Assembly: GCA_038245295.1 (NCBI GenBank)
Contig: JBBRSP010000005.1
Location: forward strand, 196,916 to 260,915
Reading direction: 5' to 3'
DNA from: Candidatus Binatia bacterium
Lineage (GTDB): Bacteria; Desulfobacterota; Binatia; HRBIN30
Length of the DNA stretch: 64,000 nucleotides
Shown here: in pieces, positions 11,111 through 20,452 of the stretch
Numbering within the stretch: position 1 is the first letter of the stretch
Layout of the letters: every line of letters starts with the position of its first letter
Notes under the pieces: generated by a model
What the model saw: the letters and a program-made list of their open reading frames with translations, nothing else
The model's database searches: none
What the model was told of the DNA's origin: nothing
Translations under genes and position numbers: made by a program

Positions 11111-14100
11111 TCAGCGGCACGTGACGCTGCCTCCGCTCGACGACGCCACACAATCAGGATTCGTACCGGCCGGATTGAACGTGAAGCTGGCGCATTGTCC
11201 CGACGCCTGCTGATCCAGCCCACCGAGGACCAGCGTCAGACGCAACGGCAGGAGCAACGGATCAACGTGGAAGTCAGCGTCACGAGCGCTCAGGGTCACA
11301 CGGAACAAGCCGGGCGTTGTTGCCGACTTGTCAGTAACGACGATCCGGCGAACACCGCCGCCGACCCGATTGCTCGGATCGCGATAGGTCCACTTGGTCT
11401 TCGCACCGTTCACCTTCCAACCCGGCGCTTTGCTGCTGATCGGTCCGCCGCGTGGGATGACGCGATCAAATACGGGAGCGCCGTTCTTGTCGTTGACGCG
11501 CAGACGCAAGCCGTTGGCGATCGGGTTGATGGCGGGTGTCGTTGGCGTCACCACCCACTCACCCTTCAGCGACAGGCGCTCGTCGCCGGCGGGGACGAGA
11601 TTCTTGCTGATCACCAGACTCGGCACACTGAGCATCGAAGCACCGGCGCAGGTGATCGAGCTCGCCGGCACACTGAGGTCACTGCCGGGATCAGTGCCGG
11701 CGTCACGCTCGTCGCCGTCGAAGACGGTATCGCCATCGCGGTCGACACCGATTTCCAGGCCGGAGCCCAATGGCACGGCGGTGAACGTCAGTTCCTGCCC
11801 CGCCGTCGCAGCGGCGGCGCGCAGACTTGCGTCACTGACGGGCGCTTCGGCGGCGCGATCCATCTGGAACAGCCCGGCCGCGGTTCGATATCCCCCGCGC
11901 ATCTCGCCCGACAAAGTTCCCTTCACCACCACATCGCACTCACCAACCGCTGCCCGCGCCAGGAAAAGATCGATGCGCGGATCGGCCACCGCCGAGTTGG
12001 TGCTGTCGAGTGTCACCTGTTGGCCAACGATCGGCGCCAGATTCGTGTCATACGCGAAGACGAAGTCTTCGACGTTTTGCCGCGTCGGGTTGTCGGGAAA
12101 GGAGAATACCGGCGAACGATAGAAGCGATTGGTTGTGTCGATACTACCATCGTGAAGAACGCCGTAGCCGCGGATCTGATCCCCCTGGAAGGTGTGATTA
12201 CCACTGCCGGCGCCCGTGTTGGGCATCCCGAACATACCGACCTTCGTATAGACGTTGCGCAAGTGCGGGATCTTGAAGTGTTGCGGTTCACCTTCGAACG
12301 TCGAAAACCCGTCGGTACCGAATTTGCCGGTAAGCGGGTCGAGCACATGGCAACCGTTGCAGGTGAGGCCACCATCGACGGGCGTATTGAAGTAGAAGTC
12401 GTGCCCGAGTTGCTGCTCAGGCGTCAGCGAATTATCGAGTTTGCGGATCGGATTGGGCGGCGGAATGACCTGCAGGATGAAGTCGGTAAATGCCTGCATC
12501 TCTTCATCGGTCAATGCCGTCTTGCGACCCAACAACCCACCAAACGCCGCGTTGAACTTCTTGAACGCCGCCACTTCGTCGAGCGGATCACCGCCGATAT
12601 CGTTTCCACCGGTGCGATCACCGCGCCAGTGCATCGGGCCATTGTTCGCCATGCCGCGCAAGGTCTGCGTCGTCATCGGGCCTTTCATCGGATGAAAGTC
12701 GGGATCGCCCAAGGGTCCGAGACGGAATGGATTTGGATTGTTCAGCACGCTGTCGTCAGGATTGCCCAGATCCCACGCCAGATTATCGAGGTCGCCAAAG
12801 GTGTGGCAGGACGAACACGACGCCTCGCCGTTACTCGATGTCAGGGTCGCATCGTAGAGGAACTTACGACCGTTGACGACACTGAAGGGTTCGGGATTCT
12901 GCAAGCTGACGTGTTGCGTCTCCTTGTGTTTGATCGGATCGAAGACGGAAATGCCATTGTCGAACCGCGTCAGGACGTAGAGGCGACCCACCGTCTCCTG
13001 CAGCACCAGGCCGGTCGGGCCGCCGCCCGGAATGGTGAGTTGCTTGGCGCTGCTCGGCACAAAGGTGTCGGCCTCGAGCTCCGTCGTGTTGAAGATGCCC
13101 ACCTTGCTTGACCCAAAGGCCGCAACGTACAGCGTCGCACCGTCGCTGGTGACGGCCATGCCAGTAGGCGTCGCCAGACTCTTGCCACGTACCGACGTCG
13201 ACGACGGCACCGTAGCGTAATTGATATGTTTGTTGAGATGCCGCGGCATTACCGACAAGCCGCTCAACACCGTGATGCGCGATTCGTGCAGATGTCCGCG
13301 CACCGTCGAGCCGCCGAACTCGCCCGGCCCCTCGAAACGAACTTCATTACGCGCCTCGGTGTTGCTGACGTAAACGCGACCACTCACCGGGTTGACGGCC
13401 ATATTGAAAAGCACCGTGCCGACGCCGCTGTAGGCCGAGCTCTGCGCCGGAATCGGCAGCGACGCGTCGATCACGAAAACGTCGTAGTCCGGCAAACTGA
13501 AATTGACCGCGTTGTCCCAATTGCGCGCCAGTCGGTCTTCCCAGTGGCCGCTGGTCGGGTTGAACTTGACGATCAAGCCGGTTTCCGGCGCCGGCGTGCC
13601 CTGGAAGTTTGTCGTCGGACCGGGCAAGCCGCCCGGCATCTGAACACCCTGCACCAGACACGGAGGCACCACTGGGCCGCCGTTGCAGACAAAGGTTTCG
13701 TTGATCGTCGTGGTTTGGTTGCCCGAGTGAAACACCGCTGCGTAGACGCTGTTGCCGTCTGGACTGACGGCCAGGGCTCGCGGCGTATCGCCAAACAAGT
13801 TCAGAACCACCAACGGTGTGCCGGTCAACGTTGTACCAAGGTTCGTCGTGTCGAAAACGAAGACACTGCTGCGCGGTGTGCTCGGGTTGCGCAGGCGCGG
13901 ATCGTTCGGATGATTCTGGCCACGCCGGGCCGTGGTGATGAAAGCGCGCGTCCCGCCGCTACCGGCGAAGACGATGTCGCGCGGCTCGTCGCCGACGAGC
14001 AGAGTCCGAGTTACGCGGGCCGGAGAGGTGCTCACATCCACGATGCTGACACTGTCGGACAGGTGGTTGACGACCCACACTTCCGTGTTGCTTGCCGCCG

Positions 14101-14365
14101 CAACGGCGACTGGCTCGAGCCCGACGGTGACGGCTCCTGTGTGCGTCAGGCTCCCATCAATACCGAGGGTGAAGATCTCGAGTTGGTTGTCCGGTGTATT
14201 CACGGCAAACAGCCGCGTTCCATCGGGAGACAGAGCAAGCGGCCGCACCTGGCCGCTTTCGAACGTCACAAATGCCAACGCCGGCGTCGGTAGCGCCATG
14301 ACGCCGCAAGCCAACACCATCAACCCAACCGAGACCAATCGATGAACCGTGAACCGAACCTTCAT
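11111..14365 (-). CDS. Secreted YVTN/YncE beta-propeller fused to a diheme cytochrome c peroxidase (bCcP/MauG-superfamily)-like domain
   Basis: Signal peptide; LALSPDG/VWVVNHLSDSVSIVD propeller blades; CSSCH and CNGCH; PMHWRGD, FKIPHLRN, LHDGS; GGGAGG RBS before ATG 14365. Confidence 0.82.
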   Translation of the reverse strand: MKVRFTVHRLVSVGLMVLACGVMALPTPALAFVTFESGQVRPLALSPDGTRLFAVNTPDNQLEIFTLGIDGSLTHTGAVTVGLEPVAVAAASNTEVWVVNHLSDSVSIVDVSTSPARVTRTLLVGDEPRDIVFAGSGGTRAFITTARRGQNHPNDPRLRNPSTPRSSVFVFDTTNLGTTLTGTPLVVLNLFGDTPRALAVSPDGNSVYAAVFHSGNQTTTINETFVCNGGPVVPPCLVQGVQMPGGLPGPTTNFQGTPAPETGLIVKFNPTSGHWEDRLARNWDNAVNFSLPDYDVFVIDASLPIPAQSSAYSGVGTVLFNMAVNPVSGRVYVSNTEARNEVRFEGPGEFGGSTVRGHLHESRITVLSGLSVMPRHLNKHINYATVPSSTSVRGKSLATPTGMAVTSDGATLYVAAFGSSKVGIFNTTELEADTFVPSSAKQLTIPGGGPTGLVLQETVGRLYVLTRFDNGISVFDPIKHKETQHVSLQNPEPFSVVNGRKFLYDATLTSSNGEASCSSCHTFGDLDNLAWDLGNPDDSVLNNPNPFRLGPLGDPDFHPMKGPMTTQTLRGMANNGPMHWRGDRTGGNDIGGDPLDEVAAFKKFNAAFGGLLGRKTALTDEEMQAFTDFILQVIPPPNPIRKLDNSLTPEQQLGHDFYFNTPVDGGLTCNGCHVLDPLTGKFGTDGFSTFEGEPQHFKIPHLRNVYTKVGMFGMPNTGAGSGNHTFQGDQIRGYGVLHDGSIDTTNRFYRSPVFSFPDNPTRQNVEDFVFAYDTNLAPIVGQQVTLDSTNSAVADPRIDLFLARAAVGECDVVVKGTLSGEMRGGYRTAAGLFQMDRAAEAPVSDASLRAAAATAGQELTFTAVPLGSGLEIGVDRDGDTVFDGDERDAGTDPGSDLSVPASSITCAGASMLSVPSLVISKNLVPAGDERLSLKGEWVVTPTTPAINPIANGLRLRVNDKNGAPVFDRVIPRGGPISSKAPGWKVNGAKTKWTYRDPSNRVGGGVRRIVVTDKSATTPGLFRVTLSARDADFHVDPLLLPLRLTLVLGGLDQQASGQCASFTFNPAGTNPDCVASSSGGSVTCR

Positions 14366-14454
14366 GCATGCCTCCCGCATCGAAGGCGCGACCGTATCGT
14401 AGCGCCAAGGCCTTACTCAATAATTTTTCTTCGTAAAAAATGCGTGCTTGGCGA

Positions 14455-15378
14455 CTAGGCGGCAAGACAGGCGTGTAGCGACTCGAGAACAAGTTCGACC
14501 GGCAAATTGTCCGTACAGATTCCCGCAGCTTCGCAGGCCACGCACATCGTCGCAGCCTGCGTGACGAGGATCGACTTGCCGCGTGGTGACCAAACATCGG
14601 GATCACTGGCGCCAAACAGCGCCACCCCAGGAGCGCCGATCGCTCCCGCCAGATGACTGATTCCCGAATCGTTGCCCACGTAGCCGCGGGTCCGTCCCAA
14701 TAGCGCCGCGATACGCGGCAACGACACGTCGGCAACGACGTGGTCGGCGCCGATCGGTGGCGCCGTCTCGGCCGGACCGCGCAGCTCGACAACCGGGCCG
14801 ATACGCCGCCACTGCCGCGTCAGGTCGGCGAACCCAAGCCAGTTCTTCTTCGGCGACCCGCTGCCCGCATGTATCGCCAGCCAGGCTGTCTCCTTCAGAC
14901 CTGCTTGCTCCACGAGCTCCTCGGCCCAGGCATCGTCGGTGTGCAGCCAGTTGGAGAGCGCCGGCGCCGGCCGCACGCCGACACAGCGCCCGTAATAGTC
15001 GACCGCGTGTTCGCCCGGGCGCATACCGCGGAACGGCAGGACCGCGACCGCGCCATCACACAGACTCGTCAAGCGCCGCGCCACCACGGGCTCGGAGGAC
15101 CCGGTCCACGAGAATATCTGTTTGACGTCGCGGAACAGTTCACGCGTTGCCGGCTTCGGTTCGGCCGTGTCATGGAACAGGTCGGCGATCTCGGCGCGAT
15201 CGATCGACACGACCCGTGTGTCGTCCATCTTCAGCAACTGGGCCGCGCTGTCCCGCGCAATGACCAAGAAGGGAGCACGCACCTGCCGGCGCAGCGCCGC
15301 CAACGCCGGCAGCCAGCACAAGAAATCCCCGAGCGCGCCTGGAAAGAGGAAGGCGATGGTTGTCGCGGTGGCTTCCAA
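14455..15378 (-). CDS. Glycosyltransferase family 9 (heptosyltransferase-like)
   Basis: PGALGDF, IHAGSGSPKKNW, YVGNDSGISHLAGAIG-VALFG-W.PRG. Confidence 0.88.
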   Translation of the reverse strand: MEATATTIAFLFPGALGDFLCWLPALAALRRQVRAPFLVIARDSAAQLLKMDDTRVVSIDRAEIADLFHDTAEPKPATRELFRDVKQIFSWTGSSEPVVARRLTSLCDGAVAVLPFRGMRPGEHAVDYYGRCVGVRPAPALSNWLHTDDAWAEELVEQAGLKETAWLAIHAGSGSPKKNWLGFADLTRQWRRIGPVVELRGPAETAPPIGADHVVADVSLPRIAALLGRTRGYVGNDSGISHLAGAIGAPGVALFGASDPDVWSPRGKSILVTQAATMCVACEAAGICTDNLPVELVLESLHACLAA

Positions 15379-15434
15379 TTGCCTACCTGATATCTCGCCG
15401 AGCCGTCATGAGGGTGCTATCGTCCCACGACGCG

Positions 15435-16367
15435 ATGGAAATCAAGGCTGCGAAATCCATTCTTGAACTGATCGGCAACACCCCGGCGGTGCGTCTCAAT
15501 CGCATAGCCCGTCCCGGCGGCGCCGAGATCTGGGCCAAGGTTGAGTCACTCAACCCCGGCGGCAGCGTCAAAGATCGTATCTGCCTCGGTATGCTCGAGG
15601 CGGCCGAACGCAGCGGCGAGTTGAAGCCGGGTGCGACATTGGTCGAGCCGACCAGCGGCAACACCGGCATCGGCCTGGCGCTGGTCGCGGCGATCAAGGG
15701 TTATCGCCTGATCCTGACCATGCCCGACACCATGAGCCAGGAGCGCCGCAGCCTGCTCACGGCGTACGGCGCTGAGCTGATTCTGACGCCAGACTCGAAA
15801 GGCATGCACTCGGCGGTCGAACGCGCCCAGGAGATTGGTGCCGAGCATCCCGAGTACTTCATGCCGCGCCAGTTCGACAATCCAGCCAACCCGGAAGCGC
15901 ACCGCGCAACCACGGCCAAGGAGTTGCTGCGCGACTTCGAGCAAATCGATGCGTTCGTTGCCGGCGTCGGCACCGGCGGCACGATTACCGGCGTCGGACA
16001 GGTGCTGCGCCAGCATATGCCCAACGTCAAGATCGTCGCCGTCGAGCCCAGCGCCTCGGCGGTGCTGTCGGGTGAGGAACCTGGCTTCCACGGCATTCAA
16101 GGCATCGGCGCCGGCTTTGTCCCCGGAACCCTCGACACGAAGATCTACGACGAAGTGATCCGTGTCAGCGACGATGAAGCAGCCGAATACACACGCCGCC
16201 TGGCGCGTGAAGAAGGAATTCTCGGCGGCATCTCGGCGGGAGCCAACGCCTTTGCTGCGGCACAGGTGGCCGAGCGATTGGGACCGGGCAAAGTTGTCAT
16301 CACGTTGATCTGCGACACCGGACAGCGCTACCTGACGACCAAGGCATTCCAGGCGGAAGGCATCTGA
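15435..16367 (+). CDS. cysK: Cysteine synthase A (O-acetylserine sulfhydrylase)
   Basis: LIGNTP, KVESLNPGGSVKDR (PLP Lys), EPTSGNTGIGLA, GVGTGGT, IQGIGAGFVP. Confidence 0.95.
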   Translation: MEIKAAKSILELIGNTPAVRLNRIARPGGAEIWAKVESLNPGGSVKDRICLGMLEAAERSGELKPGATLVEPTSGNTGIGLALVAAIKGYRLILTMPDTMSQERRSLLTAYGAELILTPDSKGMHSAVERAQEIGAEHPEYFMPRQFDNPANPEAHRATTAKELLRDFEQIDAFVAGVGTGGTITGVGQVLRQHMPNVKIVAVEPSASAVLSGEEPGFHGIQGIGAGFVPGTLDTKIYDEVIRVSDDEAAEYTRRLAREEGILGGISAGANAFAAAQVAERLGPGKVVITLICDTGQRYLTTKAFQAEGI

Positions 16368-17206
16368 TGGCCGACAAGCTCGAACACCTGCGACAGATCC
16401 TGCGCGACATGCGGCGTGTCCTCGTCGCCTATTCGGGTGGCGTCGACTCGACCTTCTTGCTGCGTGTCGCTGCCGACGAGCTGGGTGATCAGGTCATCGC
16501 GCTGACGACGAAATCACCAACCGGCGTCGACGAAGACCTCGAGCTAGCCGAGCGGATGGCCGTCGAGTTTGGCGTCCGCCATGTGCTCATTGATGCCGAC
16601 GAGTTGGAGATCCCCGGCTACGCCGCCAACCCGACCAACCGCTGCTTCTTCTGTAAGGACAACCTGTACAAGATCTGCCTCGTCGAAGCGCCAAAGCTCG
16701 GCATCGAACACATCGTCGATGGCGTCAACCTCGACGACCTCGGCGACTACCGCCCGGGGCTTAAGGCGGCCGAAGCCCATCTCGTGCGCCACCCGCTGGT
16801 GGAGGCGGCGATCAGCAAAGCGGAGGTGCGCGAGTTCAGTCGCGCCCTCGGGCTACCGACGTGGGACAAACCCGCCAGCCCGTGCCTATCGTCGCGTTTC
16901 CCGTACGGCACCGAGATCACCCGTGAAGGTCTGGAGAAGATCGCCCGCGCCGAACGTGTTTTACGTGAGCTCGGTTTTCCCGAATGCCGCGTGCGCTACC
17001 ACGACAAAGTCGCCCGCATCGAAGTGCCGGCGGCCCTGCTGCCCAGGCTGGTCGAAGCGCCGCTCCGGGAGACGATCCTCCAAGAACTGCGCGCCGCCGG
17101 CTTCCTGTACGTGACCCTCGACCTGCAAGGTTTCCGTAGCGGTAGTCTCAATGAGGCATTGCCGAAGGCAGCGCCCCTTCCGACCAGCATCAGTCGGCCG
17201 GAATAG
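16367..17206 (+). CDS. larE: LarE family ATP-dependent sulfur transferase
   Basis: PP-loop AYSGGVDS, NRCFFCK, DDLGDYRPGLKA, KPASPCLSSRFPYG, DLQGFRSGSLN; TGATG overlap with cysK. Confidence 0.9.
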   Translation: MADKLEHLRQILRDMRRVLVAYSGGVDSTFLLRVAADELGDQVIALTTKSPTGVDEDLELAERMAVEFGVRHVLIDADELEIPGYAANPTNRCFFCKDNLYKICLVEAPKLGIEHIVDGVNLDDLGDYRPGLKAAEAHLVRHPLVEAAISKAEVREFSRALGLPTWDKPASPCLSSRFPYGTEITREGLEKIARAERVLRELGFPECRVRYHDKVARIEVPAALLPRLVEAPLRETILQELRAAGFLYVTLDLQGFRSGSLNEALPKAAPLPTSISRPE

Positions 17207-17403
17207 AGGCGGCTCGCGCGAAAACCAGCCAGCGGAGTTTCCGGAAGGGTTGTAACGCTCGGTACACGGCAAAGTTTATTTTGGGGCTCCGTGCGCGATG
17301 CGCAGAGCTACGGTGGAGAGGCGGTTGTGCGCCGTACGTGCGTCACCCTGAGGGCCCGACCGGCGAGAGCCGGCTTGGCGAATCCATGAACGGCGGCGGG
17401 AGC

Positions 17404-17674
17404 ACACAGCCCGGCTTCCAGCCGGAACCAACTCAGGCCAACCATCGCTACCCCCGTCATTCCGGCGAAAGAGTGTGTCGATTTACTCGGAAACCATATT
17501 TGAAACCGAGCAGACCTATCCGTCATACCGGCGAAAGCCGGCATCTCGCCAGCTTTCGAGGCTTCCAGCACTGGGAGATCCCGGTTTTCACCGGGATGAC
17601 GTTGCTCCACTTTGGTTTTACGACAGTCTCGAAAGCCGGAATCTCCCAAGCATTCCGCGGTTTCCTATCGAGGA
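17404..17674 (+). repeat. Host REP-doublet repeat (element C), first hairpin interrupted by a MITE
   Basis: CACAGCCCGGC...GCCGGAACCAACTCAGGCCAACCA leader also at about 35051 and, inverted, at 28630-28678. Confidence 0.8.
17471..17630 (+). mobile_element. 160-bp MITE, subfamily B, inserted in a REP loop with GAAA duplication
   Basis: CCGGC-GAAA-[GAGTGTGTCGAT...CGACAGTCTC]-GAAA-GCCGG; removing it restores the hairpin. Confidence 0.88.
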
Positions 17675-17770
17675 AACGCGCCGCGGCGCCTAAGCCGGGG
17701 CATTCGCTAAGCCACGGCGGCGATGCCGGCACCGGCTAACTGAGTCGGTTATGGACAGCGCGCGGCAGCT

Positions 17771-18934
17771 TCATCGCGGCGAAAATCCTCCGGCATGCGG
17801 ATGACAGGTGAAGCAGGGAAACGAAACGTGCGTCTCGCCGCTGCCGTCGCTGCGATAAAAACGCGTCTGCGTATGGCAGGTCTCGCATAACCCCGTGCCG
17901 GGACGCGACGGGCTCGCTAACCCGCCCTCGGCCAGACCCGCCAGTTGTGTGAACTCCACCGGGCGTGCCGCGCCGCTCGGAAGCGTGACCGATTCCTGGA
18001 TCAGGAATAGATTGTCGCTGCCGTGCGGCGTGTGGCAACTCGTGCACTCTGCCGTTCCGGCAGGTAGATCGTGATGCGTACGCTGACTGGCGTGACAGCT
18101 CGCGCAAGTTGGCACGGTTTGGTGCCCCGGGCCCGTCTGCCCCGCCTCCCTCTCGGCGTGACAGTTCGCACACTCCAAGCCAAGACTGCCGTGCCCCGCC
18201 GATCGCGCCGCTTGCTGTGTCACCGACGCGTGGCAGTATCCACACGCGCCGAACTGCTGCCCGCTGGACAACCGATGCGACGGACCAACAAACGAGGGCA
18301 CGATCTCGGGCCCCGGGATTTCACGATGCTGCAAGCCATAGAATCCCGGCGCAGCATCGGCGTGGCAGCCAACACAGGGGAGCTCCGCCGCAAACGGTGC
18401 AACCGCCTTCGCCAGATCGTTGTGACACAGGGCGCAGGCGCCAAACGACGCCTCCGGGCCGGCCATGTGCGGCGTGGGCGCCGGCATCGGCACGACGCTG
18501 GAGTCCGGCAGACTGCGATGCCGCGATCCATACGGCAATGTCAGGCGGCTCACATGACACACTTCGCAGCTCAGCTCCGGAGCCAACACGTGGATCTCCG
18601 ACGCGCGGTCGCTGTGGCAATAGGCGCACGATCCCAAACTCTCGAGATCTCCGAGGCTGTGGCTGGCGCCAATGAACGACGGCACGAGGGTGCCGGACGG
18701 AATCATCCGATGCCCCGGCCCGACGAATCCGGGAATGCGGTCGGCATGACACTCCTCGCAACGCAACTGACGCCCAGTTGGCTCCATAGCGGCGCTTTGC
18801 GTCGGGTGACAAAAGGCGCACGTGCCGAACAATTGAGTGATTGGCGGTGGCTCGCCGGCATATTGTGGCGCCCCCTGCCCACCACCGCACGAGCTCAGCA
18901 CGGCGATAACGACGGCAAGCAGGGCGCGGTTCAT
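17771..18934 (-). CDS. 12-heme c-type cytochrome lipoprotein with internal ~64-aa diheme repeats
   Basis: MNRALLAVVIAVLSSC lipobox; 12 CxxCH; ATGA overlap with the upstream gene. Confidence 0.88.
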   Translation of the reverse strand: MNRALLAVVIAVLSSCGGGQGAPQYAGEPPPITQLFGTCAFCHPTQSAAMEPTGRQLRCEECHADRIPGFVGPGHRMIPSGTLVPSFIGASHSLGDLESLGSCAYCHSDRASEIHVLAPELSCEVCHVSRLTLPYGSRHRSLPDSSVVPMPAPTPHMAGPEASFGACALCHNDLAKAVAPFAAELPCVGCHADAAPGFYGLQHREIPGPEIVPSFVGPSHRLSSGQQFGACGYCHASVTQQAARSAGHGSLGLECANCHAEREAGQTGPGHQTVPTCASCHASQRTHHDLPAGTAECTSCHTPHGSDNLFLIQESVTLPSGAARPVEFTQLAGLAEGGLASPSRPGTGLCETCHTQTRFYRSDGSGETHVSFPCFTCHPHAGGFSPR

Positions 18935-19515
18935 TCTGCGCCTCGCGCGTGACAGTGTCGGCAAAGGCTGCCGTCGTCGACACTGGCTCGCAGTGCCCGG
19001 GTTGGCGATGCCGACAGCTCCGCCGTGGCCTTCTTTTCACCGGAGCTTTCTAGCTGCGCCGCCACTTCCTGACGGACAGCCTGCCGCACCGCCGCGGCGA
19101 CCGGATTGGAGCTTGGGGCCCGCGCCGCCGTCAACCAGGCGTCATCCATGACGCGCGGATCATGAAACAGATGGCAGGTGCCGCAGTAGATCTGCCCGGT
19201 GTCGGTCAACGGCCACTCGACGTGGCCTTTACGCGGCTCTCCCAGGAGCCGCCGCACTTTGTCCGCCGGCACGCCGAGATGTTCCGCCGCCCCGGCATGC
19301 AAGGTCGTTGAGTGACATAGGGTGCAGGTTTCTTCTTTCGAACGCGACAGCGTTAGATCGTCGGCGTGGCAAAAGCTGCACTGGCCGTCGTCTGTCTTGC
19401 CCTGCGCGTTCAGCATCATGTGCGGGCTTCCACTGTCATCGGCAAATACCGGCGCCGCGCTCAACACGACGATGGACAACACCACCATCTGCCGTGCCCA
19501 ACACAAACCGTTCAT
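18931..19515 (-). CDS. Tetraheme c-type cytochrome, secreted
   Basis: Signal peptide (..APVFA); CSFCH, CTLCH, CGTCH, CRHCH; ATGA overlap. Confidence 0.85.
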   Translation of the reverse strand: MNGLCWARQMVVLSIVVLSAAPVFADDSGSPHMMLNAQGKTDDGQCSFCHADDLTLSRSKEETCTLCHSTTLHAGAAEHLGVPADKVRRLLGEPRKGHVEWPLTDTGQIYCGTCHLFHDPRVMDDAWLTAARAPSSNPVAAAVRQAVRQEVAAQLESSGEKKATAELSASPTRALRASVDDGSLCRHCHARGAE

Positions 19516-19814
19516 CGCACCACCCCATTGTCTCCATGGCACATCGTACAACTGGCAATCCCCTGATTGCGGACGACGGTCCGTACTTCGGCGAGATCGA
19601 AATCGGCGATGCCGGTGCGATTGACGACGTGAATGCTGCGGATCTCATGGCAGGCGAAGCAGTCGGGCCGTGACCAACCCGTCGGATGTTCGCTGCGCTC
19701 GAGGATCAATCCTTGCGGCGAGTTGAGCAGGTTGCCGTAGTCTTCGGCGGGGCGCGACCCATCGCTACCGCAGCCAAACAAACCCACGAGCATCAAGATC
19801 ACCCACTGCCTCAT
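19512..19814 (-). CDS. Small diheme cytochrome c lipoprotein
   Basis: LVGLFGC lipobox; CFACH and CTMCH. Confidence 0.85.
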   Translation of the reverse strand: MRQWVILMLVGLFGCGSDGSRPAEDYGNLLNSPQGLILERSEHPTGWSRPDCFACHEIRSIHVVNRTGIADFDLAEVRTVVRNQGIASCTMCHGDNGVVR

Positions 19815-20452
19815 GGCGCCCCCTTCAGCCGACCCTGCTGGTGGCAGTTGGTGCAGTAGTCAGGCCGATGACAACTGCCGCAACGCGACGGGTCGGCACT
19901 GGCTTCGATAGAGTGGGTGAACCGAAAGTTACGATCGTGCATGCGCGTCTGGACCGTGTCGCGGCGCTCATGGCAATCGATGCAATACGTTTGTTGATGG
20001 CAATTTTCGCAGCGCGCCGGATTGCTACGCGCCATACTCGGGTGGACCTGCAACCAGGCGACCTGATGATCTTCCGGCAGCAGCGGGCGCATGTTTTCGT
20101 GACAACTGAGACAACGCTCCGGGGCCGCCGTGATCTTGCCCTCGCCGGCGAGATGACAGGTATGGCAGGCGACACTGCTCGGATGCATGGCATGCGCCGA
20201 CAAGGCGCGCCCCAGCGCCTCCTTGGCGTCGATCTTCAGATCGAAATGGTGGCAGTCGATACAGGTGAGATGCTGCTCTGCAAACACGGCGTCGTGTTTG
20301 TCATGACGAAAGGCGCGGCGCGCCTCGCGCGTGCTCTGCGAAACCGATCCGGTCCGCTGCCGCAGGTACTGGTTGTCCGGCAGAAACTGGCGGCACGCCG
20401 TAACGCCGAGCGCCAAGAACACCAGGACAAGGGCGATCGCACAACGCTTCAC
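19811..20452 (-). CDS. Heptaheme cytochrome c3-like lipoprotein
   Basis: LGVTAC lipobox; FRHDKH; 7 CxxCH. Confidence 0.87.
   Translation of the reverse strand: MKRCAIALVLVFLALGVTACRQFLPDNQYLRQRTGSVSQSTREARRAFRHDKHDAVFAEQHLTCIDCHHFDLKIDAKEALGRALSAHAMHPSSVACHTCHLAGEGKITAAPERCLSCHENMRPLLPEDHQVAWLQVHPSMARSNPARCENCHQQTYCIDCHERRDTVQTRMHDRNFRFTHSIEASADPSRCGSCHRPDYCTNCHQQGRLKGAP

Noticed and set aside
17330..17395. Possible hammerhead-like RNA (CTGAGG-stem-GAA) after larE
   Set aside because: The core deviates from CUGANGA/GAAA and stems I/III are not convincing; a covariance-model search would be needed.
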